DNA of 64,000 nt from Clytia hemisphaerica (taxonomy: Eukaryota). Location: the NCBI RefSeq assembly GCF_902728285.1, contig NW_027103772.1:185149-249148 (forward strand), given 5' to 3'. The notes below the pieces were generated by a model, which saw only the letters and a list, made by a program, of their open reading frames with translations, was not told the origin of the DNA and ran no database searches. Made by a program: the position numbers and the translations under genes. Positions 10,620-21,131 of the stretch are shown piece by piece (positions within the stretch are counted from its first letter, which is position 1; each line of letters starts with the position of its first letter).

Positions 10620-12977
10620 ATGATTTGGATGGTTTTGTGTATACTCTCCTTACTCCTTGGTAGAAATTCATCAGAAGCGGCGCACAAGATTATTGGTGTC
10701 TTTTCAAAATGTGACGGACAGACCACCAACAATACAGACTTCCAAAGACGAGCTGTGCTTTACGACCATGTTTTTAACGAAACATTCCACATTGCCAAAA
10801 TGTATTATCCGAAATTTCATGAACATGAATACAACAGTTTAGATGTTTGTGAAGATCATGAGCTTTTGGCCAACCTCACCGTTACCTTTATTCTGGACCT
10901 CGAGTTCAATACTCAATTCAATGTTTCAATTCTGGGGACGAAGAGTACAGATAGATTATATAAAACTTATCATCGTATGAAAAATCAAAACAATATTTAC
11001 TTCTTCATCAGTTTCTTAACACATAGCATGAATAAACTTTTCTTAAGGATATTATCGGCACGCCTTTGGACAGTTTTGTTAGTTTTGGACGCAAGGGAAA
11101 CGATTGGAAATCCAATGGTCACTTCGGGTCTATATCATGCATTACTAGACAATTTAGAATTTGAGTCTTTGCTTATTTCGAAAACTGTCAAAGTTTACAG
11201 ATTGAAGAGGATTGGTCTTTTACTTCTAAAAGGCTCAAAAACAGAATTCAGTGAATATTACTCACGTATGCATGAAAGAGCCATTCAAAAAATCCGTCAT
11301 GATCACCCAAACGTTTGCTATTTCACTGATTCGATTAATATCCGAAATTCAACTCAGTTAGATAAAGCAGCTGACAATCTACACCAAGAACTATCGATGA
11401 ATGCTCTGGTTTTGTTTGGCACTCCAAAAGATCAAATGTACTTCATCAAAACTGTCAATATCGGAATATACAATTTCATTTGGGTGACGCATGATTTGGA
11501 TGAATCGAAAATTTATCCAGCGTATCTCCATCTTTATCAGTACCTCATCATTAATTATAGCACAAACATGAGGACTCTAATTCTACGTAATCGTTCTAAA
11601 TTTAAACAGCGAAAACATCTTTTCCAAAAGAATTTTGTTCAAAATGGTAGTGTGGCTGAAATGGCTCATGCAGTATTCGAAACAACATTCAACCTTCTCG
11701 GAAATAACCCTAGAAGAAAGCTTGGTAATGTTTTAAGGCTACCATCGTTAACAGAAAACCATTTTTTAATGGTAAGAGGGTCAATATCTGTCGTAGAAAA
11801 AATTGTTTTTGATGAGTTCAGTAGTATAGAGAAAAGATTGTTGGAAGAATTTAGTGTCAAATTACAAACTCTTCCAGAAATATCTACGTGCGAAGCCTAT
11901 CAGTGTCAGCCAGGTTGGGAAATAAGTAGAGGAAAGCTTTTAAAACAATTCACAAAATGGAATTTCGAATATGGTTTCACTTGTAAACAATGTCAAAAAA
12001 ACTTCATTAAACAAACGGAAGGAAATGTAGAAAAGTGCCAACAATGTTCTCGCTATTACCTTTCCAACGGTAATCATACGAGATGTTATGACCCATACAA
12101 TGAACAATTTCTAGTCAAAGATACAATTCACTTTACAGCCTTTGTTTTGAGCAGCTTTGGTATTATATTTGGTATTTTTGCTTCAATAACTTTCGTGGTA
12201 TATAACGGTACCCCCATTGTCAAAAGCTCTGATTTCTTATTGACTGTGATTCACTTGTTTACTTCAATATCCATCAATATAGATTTCATAATATTACGTC
12301 ATATTAAACCAAGAGGATGGACTTGCTACTTGGACGCCATTATAGCTGGTAATTTATACACAATTTTCATGGCGATCGTTCTTATGAAGTCTCATAAAAT
12401 CTTGAAAGCTTTTAATACGATGCACAAATTATCAACAAAAAGCAAGCGAAACACTGTTCTCCAGCAATGGTTTACCATTTTTATTCTGACTGGTTCATCT
12501 TTTGTTTTGACTTTGATTGCCATGGAAACACAAAAAATAGATGTTCAATCTGAAAGAAATACTCAAACTCAAATCATATATCTTTTCTGTAGAAATATCC
12601 TCCCCAAAACCGTTCAGCTGGCATTCGCAGGTCTTTTACAGGTGGCTATTTTTATAATAGCATACAGAGGACGAAATTTGCCGGATATTTTCAATGAATC
12701 GATGTCTTTATTATACGCTTCATTTACTTCAACTGTATCCTTTGCAGTCATGTTTGTTTTGTTGAAGTTTCGCAGTCGAGATCCTTTCTTCCAAGCATCA
12801 ATAATTTGGCTTGCACTCTCATTGAACTTAAATATTTACAATTTGTTATGTTATGGGAAGAAAGTCTACATTGTTCTCTTCAAGAAGAAGAAGAATACGC
12901 GAAGTTATATTCAAAAAAAGACTTTCGAATCGAACTGTAGTGACAGCCTTACATCCACACAACAAAGTCAATTATGA
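10620..12977 (+). CDS. Class C (family 3, mGluR/CaSR-like) G protein-coupled receptor. Single-exon gene, 785 aa.
   Basis: Signal peptide MIWMVLCILSLLLG. Ectodomain of about 400 aa begins KIIGVFS (compare mGluR ILGGLFPVH). A 9-Cys block CEAYQCQPGW..FTCKQCQKNF..EKCQQCSRYY..TRCYD is NCD3G-like. Seven TM helices follow, with TM7 ...LCYGKKVYIVLFKKKK matching the class C PKxYIILF signature. Confidence 0.8.
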   Translation: MIWMVLCILSLLLGRNSSEAAHKIIGVFSKCDGQTTNNTDFQRRAVLYDHVFNETFHIAKMYYPKFHEHEYNSLDVCEDHELLANLTVTFILDLEFNTQFNVSILGTKSTDRLYKTYHRMKNQNNIYFFISFLTHSMNKLFLRILSARLWTVLLVLDARETIGNPMVTSGLYHALLDNLEFESLLISKTVKVYRLKRIGLLLLKGSKTEFSEYYSRMHERAIQKIRHDHPNVCYFTDSINIRNSTQLDKAADNLHQELSMNALVLFGTPKDQMYFIKTVNIGIYNFIWVTHDLDESKIYPAYLHLYQYLIINYSTNMRTLILRNRSKFKQRKHLFQKNFVQNGSVAEMAHAVFETTFNLLGNNPRRKLGNVLRLPSLTENHFLMVRGSISVVEKIVFDEFSSIEKRLLEEFSVKLQTLPEISTCEAYQCQPGWEISRGKLLKQFTKWNFEYGFTCKQCQKNFIKQTEGNVEKCQQCSRYYLSNGNHTRCYDPYNEQFLVKDTIHFTAFVLSSFGIIFGIFASITFVVYNGTPIVKSSDFLLTVIHLFTSISINIDFIILRHIKPRGWTCYLDAIIAGNLYTIFMAIVLMKSHKILKAFNTMHKLSTKSKRNTVLQQWFTIFILTGSSFVLTLIAMETQKIDVQSERNTQTQIIYLFCRNILPKTVQLAFAGLLQVAIFIIAYRGRNLPDIFNESMSLLYASFTSTVSFAVMFVLLKFRSRDPFFQASIIWLALSLNLNIYNLLCYGKKVYIVLFKKKKNTRSYIQKKTFESNCSDSLTSTQQSQL

Positions 12978-14149
12978 TCTTCATTATATTCAACTGTTAC
13001 ACTGTTGTTGTAAAGCGAGATTAACGGTATTTAAAATGAGGCCCGAATGGCTATAAAAAATGCTAAGCTTGCGAAAACATTCAAATTGTTAATGGAATGT
13101 CTTTCTAGAGTTACGTAATGCAGACCATCGATTTAGATCGCTTTGAAAGTGTTGAATAAGAATTCAAACGAATGGACTACATTTTTTATGTATCAAGTAA
13201 ATATATTTTGCATAACTTTTGCACATAGCTTCAATATGTATTGATTGGCTTTAAATTTCCAATTTTCAGTATATTTTAAGAACAATGCGAGAATACGTGG
13301 AAAGATATCGACCGCAATAACTTTATTTTTTTGACGGCTATGGGTTAACCCTCTCTTTCACGAATAAAAAATCGAATCGAATAAAAAATTCCTGAATTAG
13401 AAATAACGAAAACCTTGAAAAGTCAATTTTAGTCTTTATGCTTTTTTTCTCGATTTAACGGCCAATTCGTAGAATTCTGTATAGATCTCTACCCTCCTAA
13501 AGGAATTCGTTTGTAAGGCTCGTTCCTCTAAGTAGGGCTTACTTACCTTCATCTCCCTTTCATTATTGTGTATTAGAATGGCAGCATTGACAAACTATTC
13601 ATTTATAGATCTTTTTGGACTGTTACCAAAATTGGGGATACATAATGTAGATTTATTTTCTTGTTTTATTTCCAGGTTTATATTATCAATGTACTTTGGA
13701 ATGATGGCAAAAAGCAAGTTATTTGTCGACGATATAATGCCTTCTTTGAACTTCAGGTAACTTGTAATTTATTGAATCCTCACCCATTTATTCACTGGTT
13801 GTCTACGAGGGAGGGAGAAGGCCATGCATTTCATTGTTTTGTAACAAACATATTTCTTTATCGACCGCTGGAGGCGGTTTGTTTTATAGTGGTACGCTAA
13901 TCTCGTTTTGCCTTGGCTCATTACTTTGTCTACCATTTACTTTTGGTTTTTTTACCCTGGTGTTTCTCTTTTTTTTTCCCTGAATGTCTTTTATTAAGAA
14001 TTGAATAATCGAGACATGAAAAATGACTATATTGTAATCTGTTTTCAATGAATAATCTAAAATGTACTGACATGTAGGCGTTAATAATGTGCGAGCGTGA
14101 TGCGTGATGGAAGGCGGTCGTTTCAGTGTGGTTTACATCCACACTGTGA

Positions 14150-15690
14150 CCTAGTTGCTCCGGCCCAGGAGCCTTTAATTCTCTCTTCCGACAATGGTCA
14201 AGACATTTTTTTGTTTATCTAATCCGATGATCTATTCCGATTTAATAAAAACGGATTATCTGGATTCCGATAATATTGTGATTTGATCGGCCGAAAGTAT
14301 TTAGAAAAAGATGGCTGCCGAAAGTGGGCTAGCTGACTGTGTAGCGAATGGGCAAATCTCAGTAAAAAATTGATCATTTTCATCAGTATTCATGATGTTT
14401 TGGACATGATTTATGAGAAGTTTGATGCATAACTGGTTCTCTAACAATGTGGAAAGACTTTGGAGAAATTTTGGCCATGAATCGTCAGCTGATCGAGTGC
14501 TTAAATCTTGCATACAGTATGGCTAACTTCTCTTATCTAGACGCACCACAAAACCATAAAACTATGTAACTTGACAATGAAACTTTCAAACACACAGCCA
14601 TTGGAATTCAAAAGAGAATACTAAAATTACAACATTACAGTGCAAATTTGAAAACGATCTGAGTAGTATTTGTGGTGTTATGTCATATGTGTATGGCTGA
14701 AAATGATCCTGTTTTGTATTCATCATTGTTGACTGGCTGGCGACCGTTCCTTTTGATTTTTCAAACCCGACACAGATTTTTTACAAACATATCACTATGA
14801 GAATTCAATAAAGGATACTAAAACACAATTCCTGCGTAAATTTGAACAAGATTGGAGAAATTTTCACAGTGTTATAACTGAAAATGATCGTGTTTGGACT
14901 TTGTCGTAATTTCATCGCGGCTGGCGACCGTTCCTTTTGATTTTTCAAACCCGACACAGATTTTTTACAAACATATCACTATGAGAATTCAGTAAAGGAT
15001 ACTAAAACACAATTCCTGTGTAAATTTGAACAAGATCGGAGAAATTTTCACAGTGTTATAACTGAAAATGATATCTTTTGGACTTTGTCGTAATTTCATT
15101 GGCTGGGGCGACCGTTCCTTTTGAAGATTTTTCAAACCCAAAACAGGTTTTTTCCAAATACACTATTGTACCATTTTATTTGGTTTATCCTACTCTCCTC
15201 CAGGTATTATCCCAACAGAAAAAATAATGCTTAGCTAAAAGCTGTGGCCTCTAATTTAGGCTATTTTTCTCCCGAAATTTTATCCGGACAATCAAATCAA
15301 CGGCGCATCATGGCTTTTATTTGCTATTGGCAAGTTTAGAAAAAAATAAATTCATAATAACTTGGAAATATTGACTTCTAAATGTTTATCTCCTTTAGCT
15401 CCAATTTTGAACTTTTTAGTCGAGGATGAGTGGGCGGGGGTGGGGTTGGTTCTTTAGGCAAGAAAGTGCATGTGTAATCACTTAGAAGAGCTAAACTTCC
15501 AGCTGGTTTATTTATTCATCAAGATTATTTCTCATACTCGCTCTGCAATAGAATTATTACTTTGCTTTCTGATCTGTTCTGATTTAGTAGTTTGTGGGCA
15601 ACGTTCTAACACAACTAACTCAATAAACTCATCTTTCACATCTTTTGATCTCTTAAGCCGGAGCTTCCAGCGCAGCTGGTTTATTTTTAA
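14150..15690. repeat. Segmental duplication, copy 2. It contains an internal tandem duplication at about 14700-15120.
   Basis: See copy 1. The unit ...ttgtcgtaatttcat..gctggcgaccgttccttttgatttttcaaacccgacacag occurs twice in tandem here and once in copy 1. Confidence 0.75.
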
Positions 15691-15832
15691 ATTGAAGCCA
15701 GTTTTAAAATGTATATAATATTTCAAGCAAAAGTCCAATCTTTTTTTGACGGAACAAGTCTTGAGAATGGAAATGTATGTGGGCTATAAAGAATTGTTTA
15801 GTGGAATGGGATTTTTGTTATAATTTGTTTCA

Positions 15833-16349
15833 ACTACTTTAATCGTAGAAATTTTAGCGAGACTAATTTTAGCGTTTTAGCGAGTTTTCCCTATTTTTGC
15901 TAAAATTAATCTCGCTAAAACACGCCGAATCGACAGATCGCTAAAATTTATCCGCGCTAAATTTTTCAAAAACGCAATTTGCTAAAATAAATCCAGTTTT
16001 TTTTCCTTCTTTTTTTTACGATTTTTGCGAAAACTAATAAAGATATTTATTTTTGTCGGTCCCTAGAGTTCTGTAAGAAAATGTAGGCTTAAAAACACAC
16101 GCTTATCTCGAACCTCCGTTATATCTCGAACTTTCACCAAAATACATCTCAAAAAGTTATTTGGAAATGGCGATTCGCTAAAATTAATCCACGCAAAATT
16201 TTCTCAGGCAAGTATTCGCTAAAATTTATCCACGCGAAATTTTTTGAAATCGTGATTCGCTAAAATAAATCCAAAAAAAATCAAGATTTTCCTGACTCGC
16301 TAATATACGCTGAAATTACTCTCGCTAAAATTTCTACGATTAAAGTAGT
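15833..16349. mobile_element. Foldback-type MITE. TIR is CTACTTTAATCGTAGAAATTTTAGCGAG, with internal CGCTAAAAT(T/A)AATCC repeats.
   Basis: 15833-15860 is reverse-complemented at 16322-16349. The motif array is present on both arms. Confidence 0.65.
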
Positions 16350-16847
16350 ATTTCTAAATTAAAGGATTGTAAATTCATATTCTTTGTTTAATGTAACATA
16401 CAAAATAGTCAATTATGACGTATCGGATGGAAATATGTAGCGTTTTAACAGAGATTTCCTTTCCCTAATGGTGGATGTAAACAAATCCGAGACTCAAATA
16501 ATTTTGTTTTCCCAGGAGAATTCACTAACACTTCAAAGAAATTTGGGTCCATGTCTATTGTCATTTTAGAGCAGTTTTAAGTCAAAAATGGGGTTTTTGC
16601 TTGAGACGTTGCATTTTAGCCAGTTTTAGCGCATATTGAATTTTCTGACTTTGACATTTGACTTTTCCTTCCGTTTTAGCTCCCACCACACAGTAGATAT
16701 TGATAATTGAAAAATTTGGTTTTAAGCTTTCATCATCAACAATTGCCAAAATTTTAAGCCAATTTTAGGCATATCTGTTAAGTATTACTTTTAAGTGATA
16801 CTGGCAGGTGGAAAAAATCTATCCTTAAGCTTAAAAATTTATACCAC

Positions 16848-17379
16848 ATAGTGGGCAACACCCCTCCAACCCCCACCTGAAAAAGGTCACCCCCACCTAC
16901 ATAGGGTTACCCCCACCTGAAATCTCATATCAGCCCAACCCCCACCTTTTTCAGCAACCCCCATCTAAATTTGTAAAATCTAATCTTTGTAGTCCTGAGG
17001 ACTACAAACTGGAAAGGAAAAGACTGGAGAAAAAATGAACTCTTTTTAACCTTCAGAACTTATGACAGTCATTTGTTTATATTTTCATCTAGTATAGTAT
17101 GTGGAAAGTTGAAAAAGACAAAAAAGTACAAAATCAAACGAAGTTAAATACAGAAAACTTGACAACCCCCACCTGAAAAATGTTACCCCCACCTACATAG
17201 GGTCACCCCCACCTACATAGGGTTACCCCCACCTACATAGGGTTACCCCCACCTACATAGGGTTACCCCCACCTGAAATTTCTCATCAACCCAACCCCCA
17301 CCTATTTTTAAAAATCTGAAAATCCTCAACCCCCCCCCCCCCCAGAATCCAGGGGGGGTGCCCACTATGTACCAGGTGG
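16848..17379. mobile_element. TIR element (TIR ACATAGTGGGCA) carrying two arrays of a roughly 21-bp tandem repeat TTACCCCCACCTACATAGGG.
   Basis: Left cacatagtgggcaac and right tgcccactatgtacc. The 21-mer is repeated 4-5 times at 17190-17280. Confidence 0.55.
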
Positions 17380-17888
17380 AGTTGCCTCACAAATTTGAAG
17401 CAAAAAAATTTTTTTTGGTAAATTTGAGAATTTTCAAAATAAACAACACTGCAATTTTCAAAAATGCCATTGTGTATTTGATATGAAAATTGAAAATTTC
17501 AAATCATATATCATACTCAAAATCAAAGTAAGGCTTGCAGGTAATACCTGATATAAAACTTGTGAGAAGAGAATGAATTACTTAAAAGTAATACTTACCA
17601 GCATATTGTATCAACCAAACAATATTGCTGATCTGTATGGATGATTGGTTAAAATTTTCCTTTAATCATTTGAAAATCATTTTTCATTCTTATCAATTTT
17701 CAAGCTAAAATTAGAAAAAAAAACTAGACTGAAAGAATAGATTATGATGGTACGATTTAAAAGATTAAGAGGTTTAATACAATAGTGTCACTGAATAGTA
17801 GCTAGGTGAGAAAAGAACTACATTAAATATAATAAAAGCCCCAGTCGAAATTTGAGGTGTGTAAAAGCATCTGCGTGTCTAGCCTGAT

Positions 17889-18451
17889 CAGGGGGGGGGG
17901 TCGGTACTAAAATCACAGACATCATGACATTTAGTGACGTGGTGGTACTGCAAAAAAGCTCAAAAATAATTTTAGTACCATGTGCACTAAAATACCAAAA
18001 AGGGTGGTCCCTTGAAGAAATTTTTGAAAAATCTTAGTATTTTGTTCAAAAATCAGCCAAAATGGAGCATTTTTTTAACAATTTAGGAAAAAAATTGATT
18101 TTTTTTTTGAGGAATTTTCGAAAAAATCTTCAGAAATCTTTCAGAATTTTTCCAATTTTTTAGATATTTTTTAAAAATATGTACAGTTCAGCACAGTTTA
18201 GTAATAAAATTATATTATTTTGCAGATTGATGCACTAAATTCGACTAGGTTTGTAACAATGACCCCATTTTGGTAAATTTAAAGCCGTAAAAGGGCAAAA
18301 AATGGGTGGTATCTAAGTTAAATTGCTCAAAATAATTTTAGTACATGTGTACTAAAATAACATTTTCAAAAAATAGGTGGGGGTATGTCGAAAATTAGCG
18401 AAAATCCTTTTAGTACTCATGTATGTCTTACATTTTAGTACTGACCCCCCT
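17889..18451. mobile_element. hAT-like MITE with 7-8 bp TSD (A/G)GCCTGAT and TIR CAGGGGGGGGTCGGTAC.
   Basis: gcctgat sits immediately outside both termini. Family copies are at 25650-26238 (TSD CCCCTTTC) and 34917-35207 (TSD TCTAAAC). Confidence 0.65.
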
Positions 18452-18746
18452 GGCCTGATGGTTCAAGGAAACCAAAGGGGACCTTATGTAAAAAAGAATA
18501 TGTACTTGCTTACAAAAAAACCTAAGTTCCCTTTAAGGTCAAGAGTTATTTTCACTCTAACTAATTATAAGGGTGGTAATAATTGAAAAGAACAATTTCT
18601 GAGTAACAAGGCCCAAAAAAACTCAATGAATGAACGAGATAATACAGTTATTTTAAAAGTATTGTTATTGAACAAGAAATATACAAAATAAAAATAAAAA
18701 TTGTCCCAAGGCTAATGATATAATCAAGATTAGTTCCATAAAGTTT

Positions 18747-19148
18747 TTAATATTCTTGAGATTGAGAATTTTTGCCCTTAGCTTCTTTGGTCTTCTTGGG
18801 AAGCAAGAGAGCGTTGATGTTTGGCAAAACACCACCAGCAGCAATGGTGACTCCACTTAAAAGTTTATTCAATTCTTCGTCATTTCTGACGGCAAGTTGC
18901 AAGTGACGTGGAACAATACGACGTTTTTTGTTATCACGGGCTGCATTTCCAGCCAATTCAAGAATTTCAGCAGACAAATATTCTAAAACTGCAGCCAGAT
19001 AAACAGGTGCTCCGCTTCCAACTCGAGAGGCGTAATGTCCTTTACGTAAAAATCTGTGAATTCTTCCAACAGGAAATTGTAGGCCAGCTCTTGATGATCG
19101 CGATTTTGCTTTAGTTTTACTTTTTCCTCCTTTACCGCGTCCACTCAT
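18747..19148 (-). CDS. H2AX: Histone H2A, H2A.X-type variant. 133 aa, C-terminal SQEY.
   Basis: [40 protein letters not shown]...[32 protein letters not shown]...[19 protein letters not shown]. The ATG is at 19146-19148 on the minus strand. The listed ORF's upstream extension is not conserved histone sequence. Confidence 0.9.
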   Translation of the reverse strand: MSGRGKGGKSKTKAKSRSSRAGLQFPVGRIHRFLRKGHYASRVGSGAPVYLAAVLEYLSAEILELAGNAARDNKKRRIVPRHLQLAVRNDEELNKLLSGVTIAAGGVLPNINALLLPKKTKEAKGKNSQSQEY

Positions 19149-19236
19149 TTTGACTATTTTATTTTTAGCTGCGCTGAAATAGTAAATATCAAAATGCTTG
19201 AAATCAGATAAAAAAATTATGATATTTGATAACTTA

Positions 19237-19676
19237 CTCTTAGGTTCCAAATAAACGCCCCACCCTGCGTGTTAATTTTTCGAAAATTTTCCAACCCTGT
19301 CGGACCTCATTAGGACCCGCCGTTTATTAATTTTTAAGAATATTTTCAGCTGTCAAAGAGAAGGCCCCTTATTTTGCTCTAAATAACCTGATTTTAGCCT
19401 ATATCTACCTTATTTTGGGTTTTCAAAAGTACAATTTCCAACCCAAGGCAATTATGCCCCCTTGTTTACTAAAATCTTGAAAGATCAACCCACCCCCCCC
19501 CCCCCCAGTTGTATTGAAGTTTTTACAAGATGCTCACATAATTGGTTATTCAAAACAATGAGATGACGCGTTCTTTAGAAAAATTTTTGTTTGAATAGTT
19601 AACGACCAATCCCATGACAAAAATTCTTGTAAATGTTCAACTTGACCTGTCCCCCTGATTATCTGGAACCTAAGAG
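19237..19676. mobile_element. Stowaway-like MITE with TA TSD and TIR CTCTTAGGTTCCA. It lies about 90 bp upstream of the H2A.X start codon.
   Basis: TA at 19235-19236 and 19677-19678. Inverted termini ctcttaggttcc / ggaacctaagag. The internal sequence is related to 688-967. Confidence 0.65.
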
Positions 19677-20267
19677 TAACCACTTAATTTGAGAACCATT
19701 ATCAGAGATGTAAAGACCTAGAATACAGGTTCAATTAAACTTTCATGGACAAATTCCATAAATTGCATGATACAGCGACATTGAGAAGCATATCTTAGAA
19801 ATCATCTTTTGATCAGTCAAAAGTCCACAGAAACTTCTCATGTCCATCAAAAAATAAGGAGTAAATTGTTTATACTTGACCAGTCCTTGCCACTAGCTCC
19901 ACAAGTAACATTCTTCCAAAATTGGAAGAATGAGCGTAAATTTTTCCAGAATTCTGTCCCTTCCAGGAAGATCATTCCTTATCATAAAGTTAAAAAATGA
20001 TTAAAATCTCACACAAAATCAAGCAACAATCTCCAATATTCTTCAAGCAATAAATATCGAATTATATACCTTAATCTCATTAATTTTGGTGCATATGTTA
20101 TTTTCTCAAATTCAAATTTCAACGCACCCTTTTATTCTTCCACATCTAGTAATTTCTGGTAAAATAACTTTTGTGCAATGCCGACATACAGTATAGCTCT
20201 TTATATAATTTATATAAAATTCACAAGAAACACATATTTGGACTTTGTACCTAATGCTGTAAGCAAG

Positions 20268-20685
20268 CCAGGGTTCAGACAGACCTTCGAAAATAAAATT
20301 CCCTGAGTTTCCCTGAATTTTAATCAATTTTCAAAGGTTTTTTCCCTGAGAAATTCCTCATTTTAGCTATTTTTTCCCTGAGTATCAAGCAAACCATAAA
20401 AACTAAGCAGAGTCAAAAGAGATGTATCTCTAAACAAAAGGCACACAAATCAAATGGTAAACCTAAGGTAAAAATTAAAGCTACAAATACTGCATATGAA
20501 TAAACACTTTAAAACTAAAAAACTTTTAAATCTGTTTTTTCCATTCATTCTTCAAAAAATAAAATTCCCTGAGTTTCCCTGAGCATACGGGGAAAAAAAT
20601 TTTTTTCCCTGGGTTTCCCTGAGTTTCCCTGATTTGTCTGAAAATTTATCATATTTCCAGGTTTTCCAGGTTTTCCAGGGTCTGT
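20268..20685. mobile_element. MITE with TIR CAGGGTTCAGACAGACC and internal TTCCCTGAG microsatellite-like repeats.
   Basis: 20268-20284 cagggttcagacagacc is reverse-complemented at 20669-20685 ggtctgtctgaaccctg. Confidence 0.7.
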
Positions 20686-20793
20686 CTGAACCCTGCAAGC
20701 ACTTAAGCTGAAGTCCTGCATAATGACGGGACAAAAATCAGTTTTTTAAAGTTGCAAAAAAAGGCACATAGAAAATTTTTCAAATTCAGTATG

Positions 20794-21131
20794 TTACACG
20801 CTTTTTTATAAGAATGGTGTAAATCCATTTCATCATGGATATTCTTAACTTTTTTGGGAGAATCATCCTAAAATATTCTTACAGAATTCTTAAGTTAGGA
20901 TCCTAATTTAGACTAGATTTAACCAGTTAGTACATACGTTTCAAGCATAATTAATGACATTTTTGTGAAAGGAGTGAACCTTACTTCAGGGTAATTGACA
21001 ATTTACAATGAAAATGCTCTAAGAATGGTATTCTTTGCTGAGTAGCAAAATTCCATGATGATGAAATTCTTAGTATTATTCTAAATTTTTTGACCATTTT
21101 CATCATGGACATTCTTATATAAAAAACGTGT
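20794..21131. mobile_element. MITE family with termini ACACG(T)TTTTTTATAAGAA...TTCTTATAAAAAACGTGT.
   Basis: Inverted termini here. Related copies at about 29997-30370, 42185-42437, 46697-46962 and 51456-51727. A partial relative lies at 1-330. Confidence 0.6.

Noticed and set aside
18600-18747. Search for a histone 3' stem-loop downstream of H2A.
   Set aside because: No GGCTCTTTTCAGAGCC-like hairpin is present. Only an ATTAAA signal is seen, so it is interpreted as polyadenylated.
19149-19250. In-frame N-terminal extension of the H2A ORF ([34 protein letters not shown]...).
   Set aside because: The extension has no histone-like sequence. The canonical MSGRGKG start at 19148 gives a normal 133-aa H2A, so the extension is just open frame in the 5' leader.
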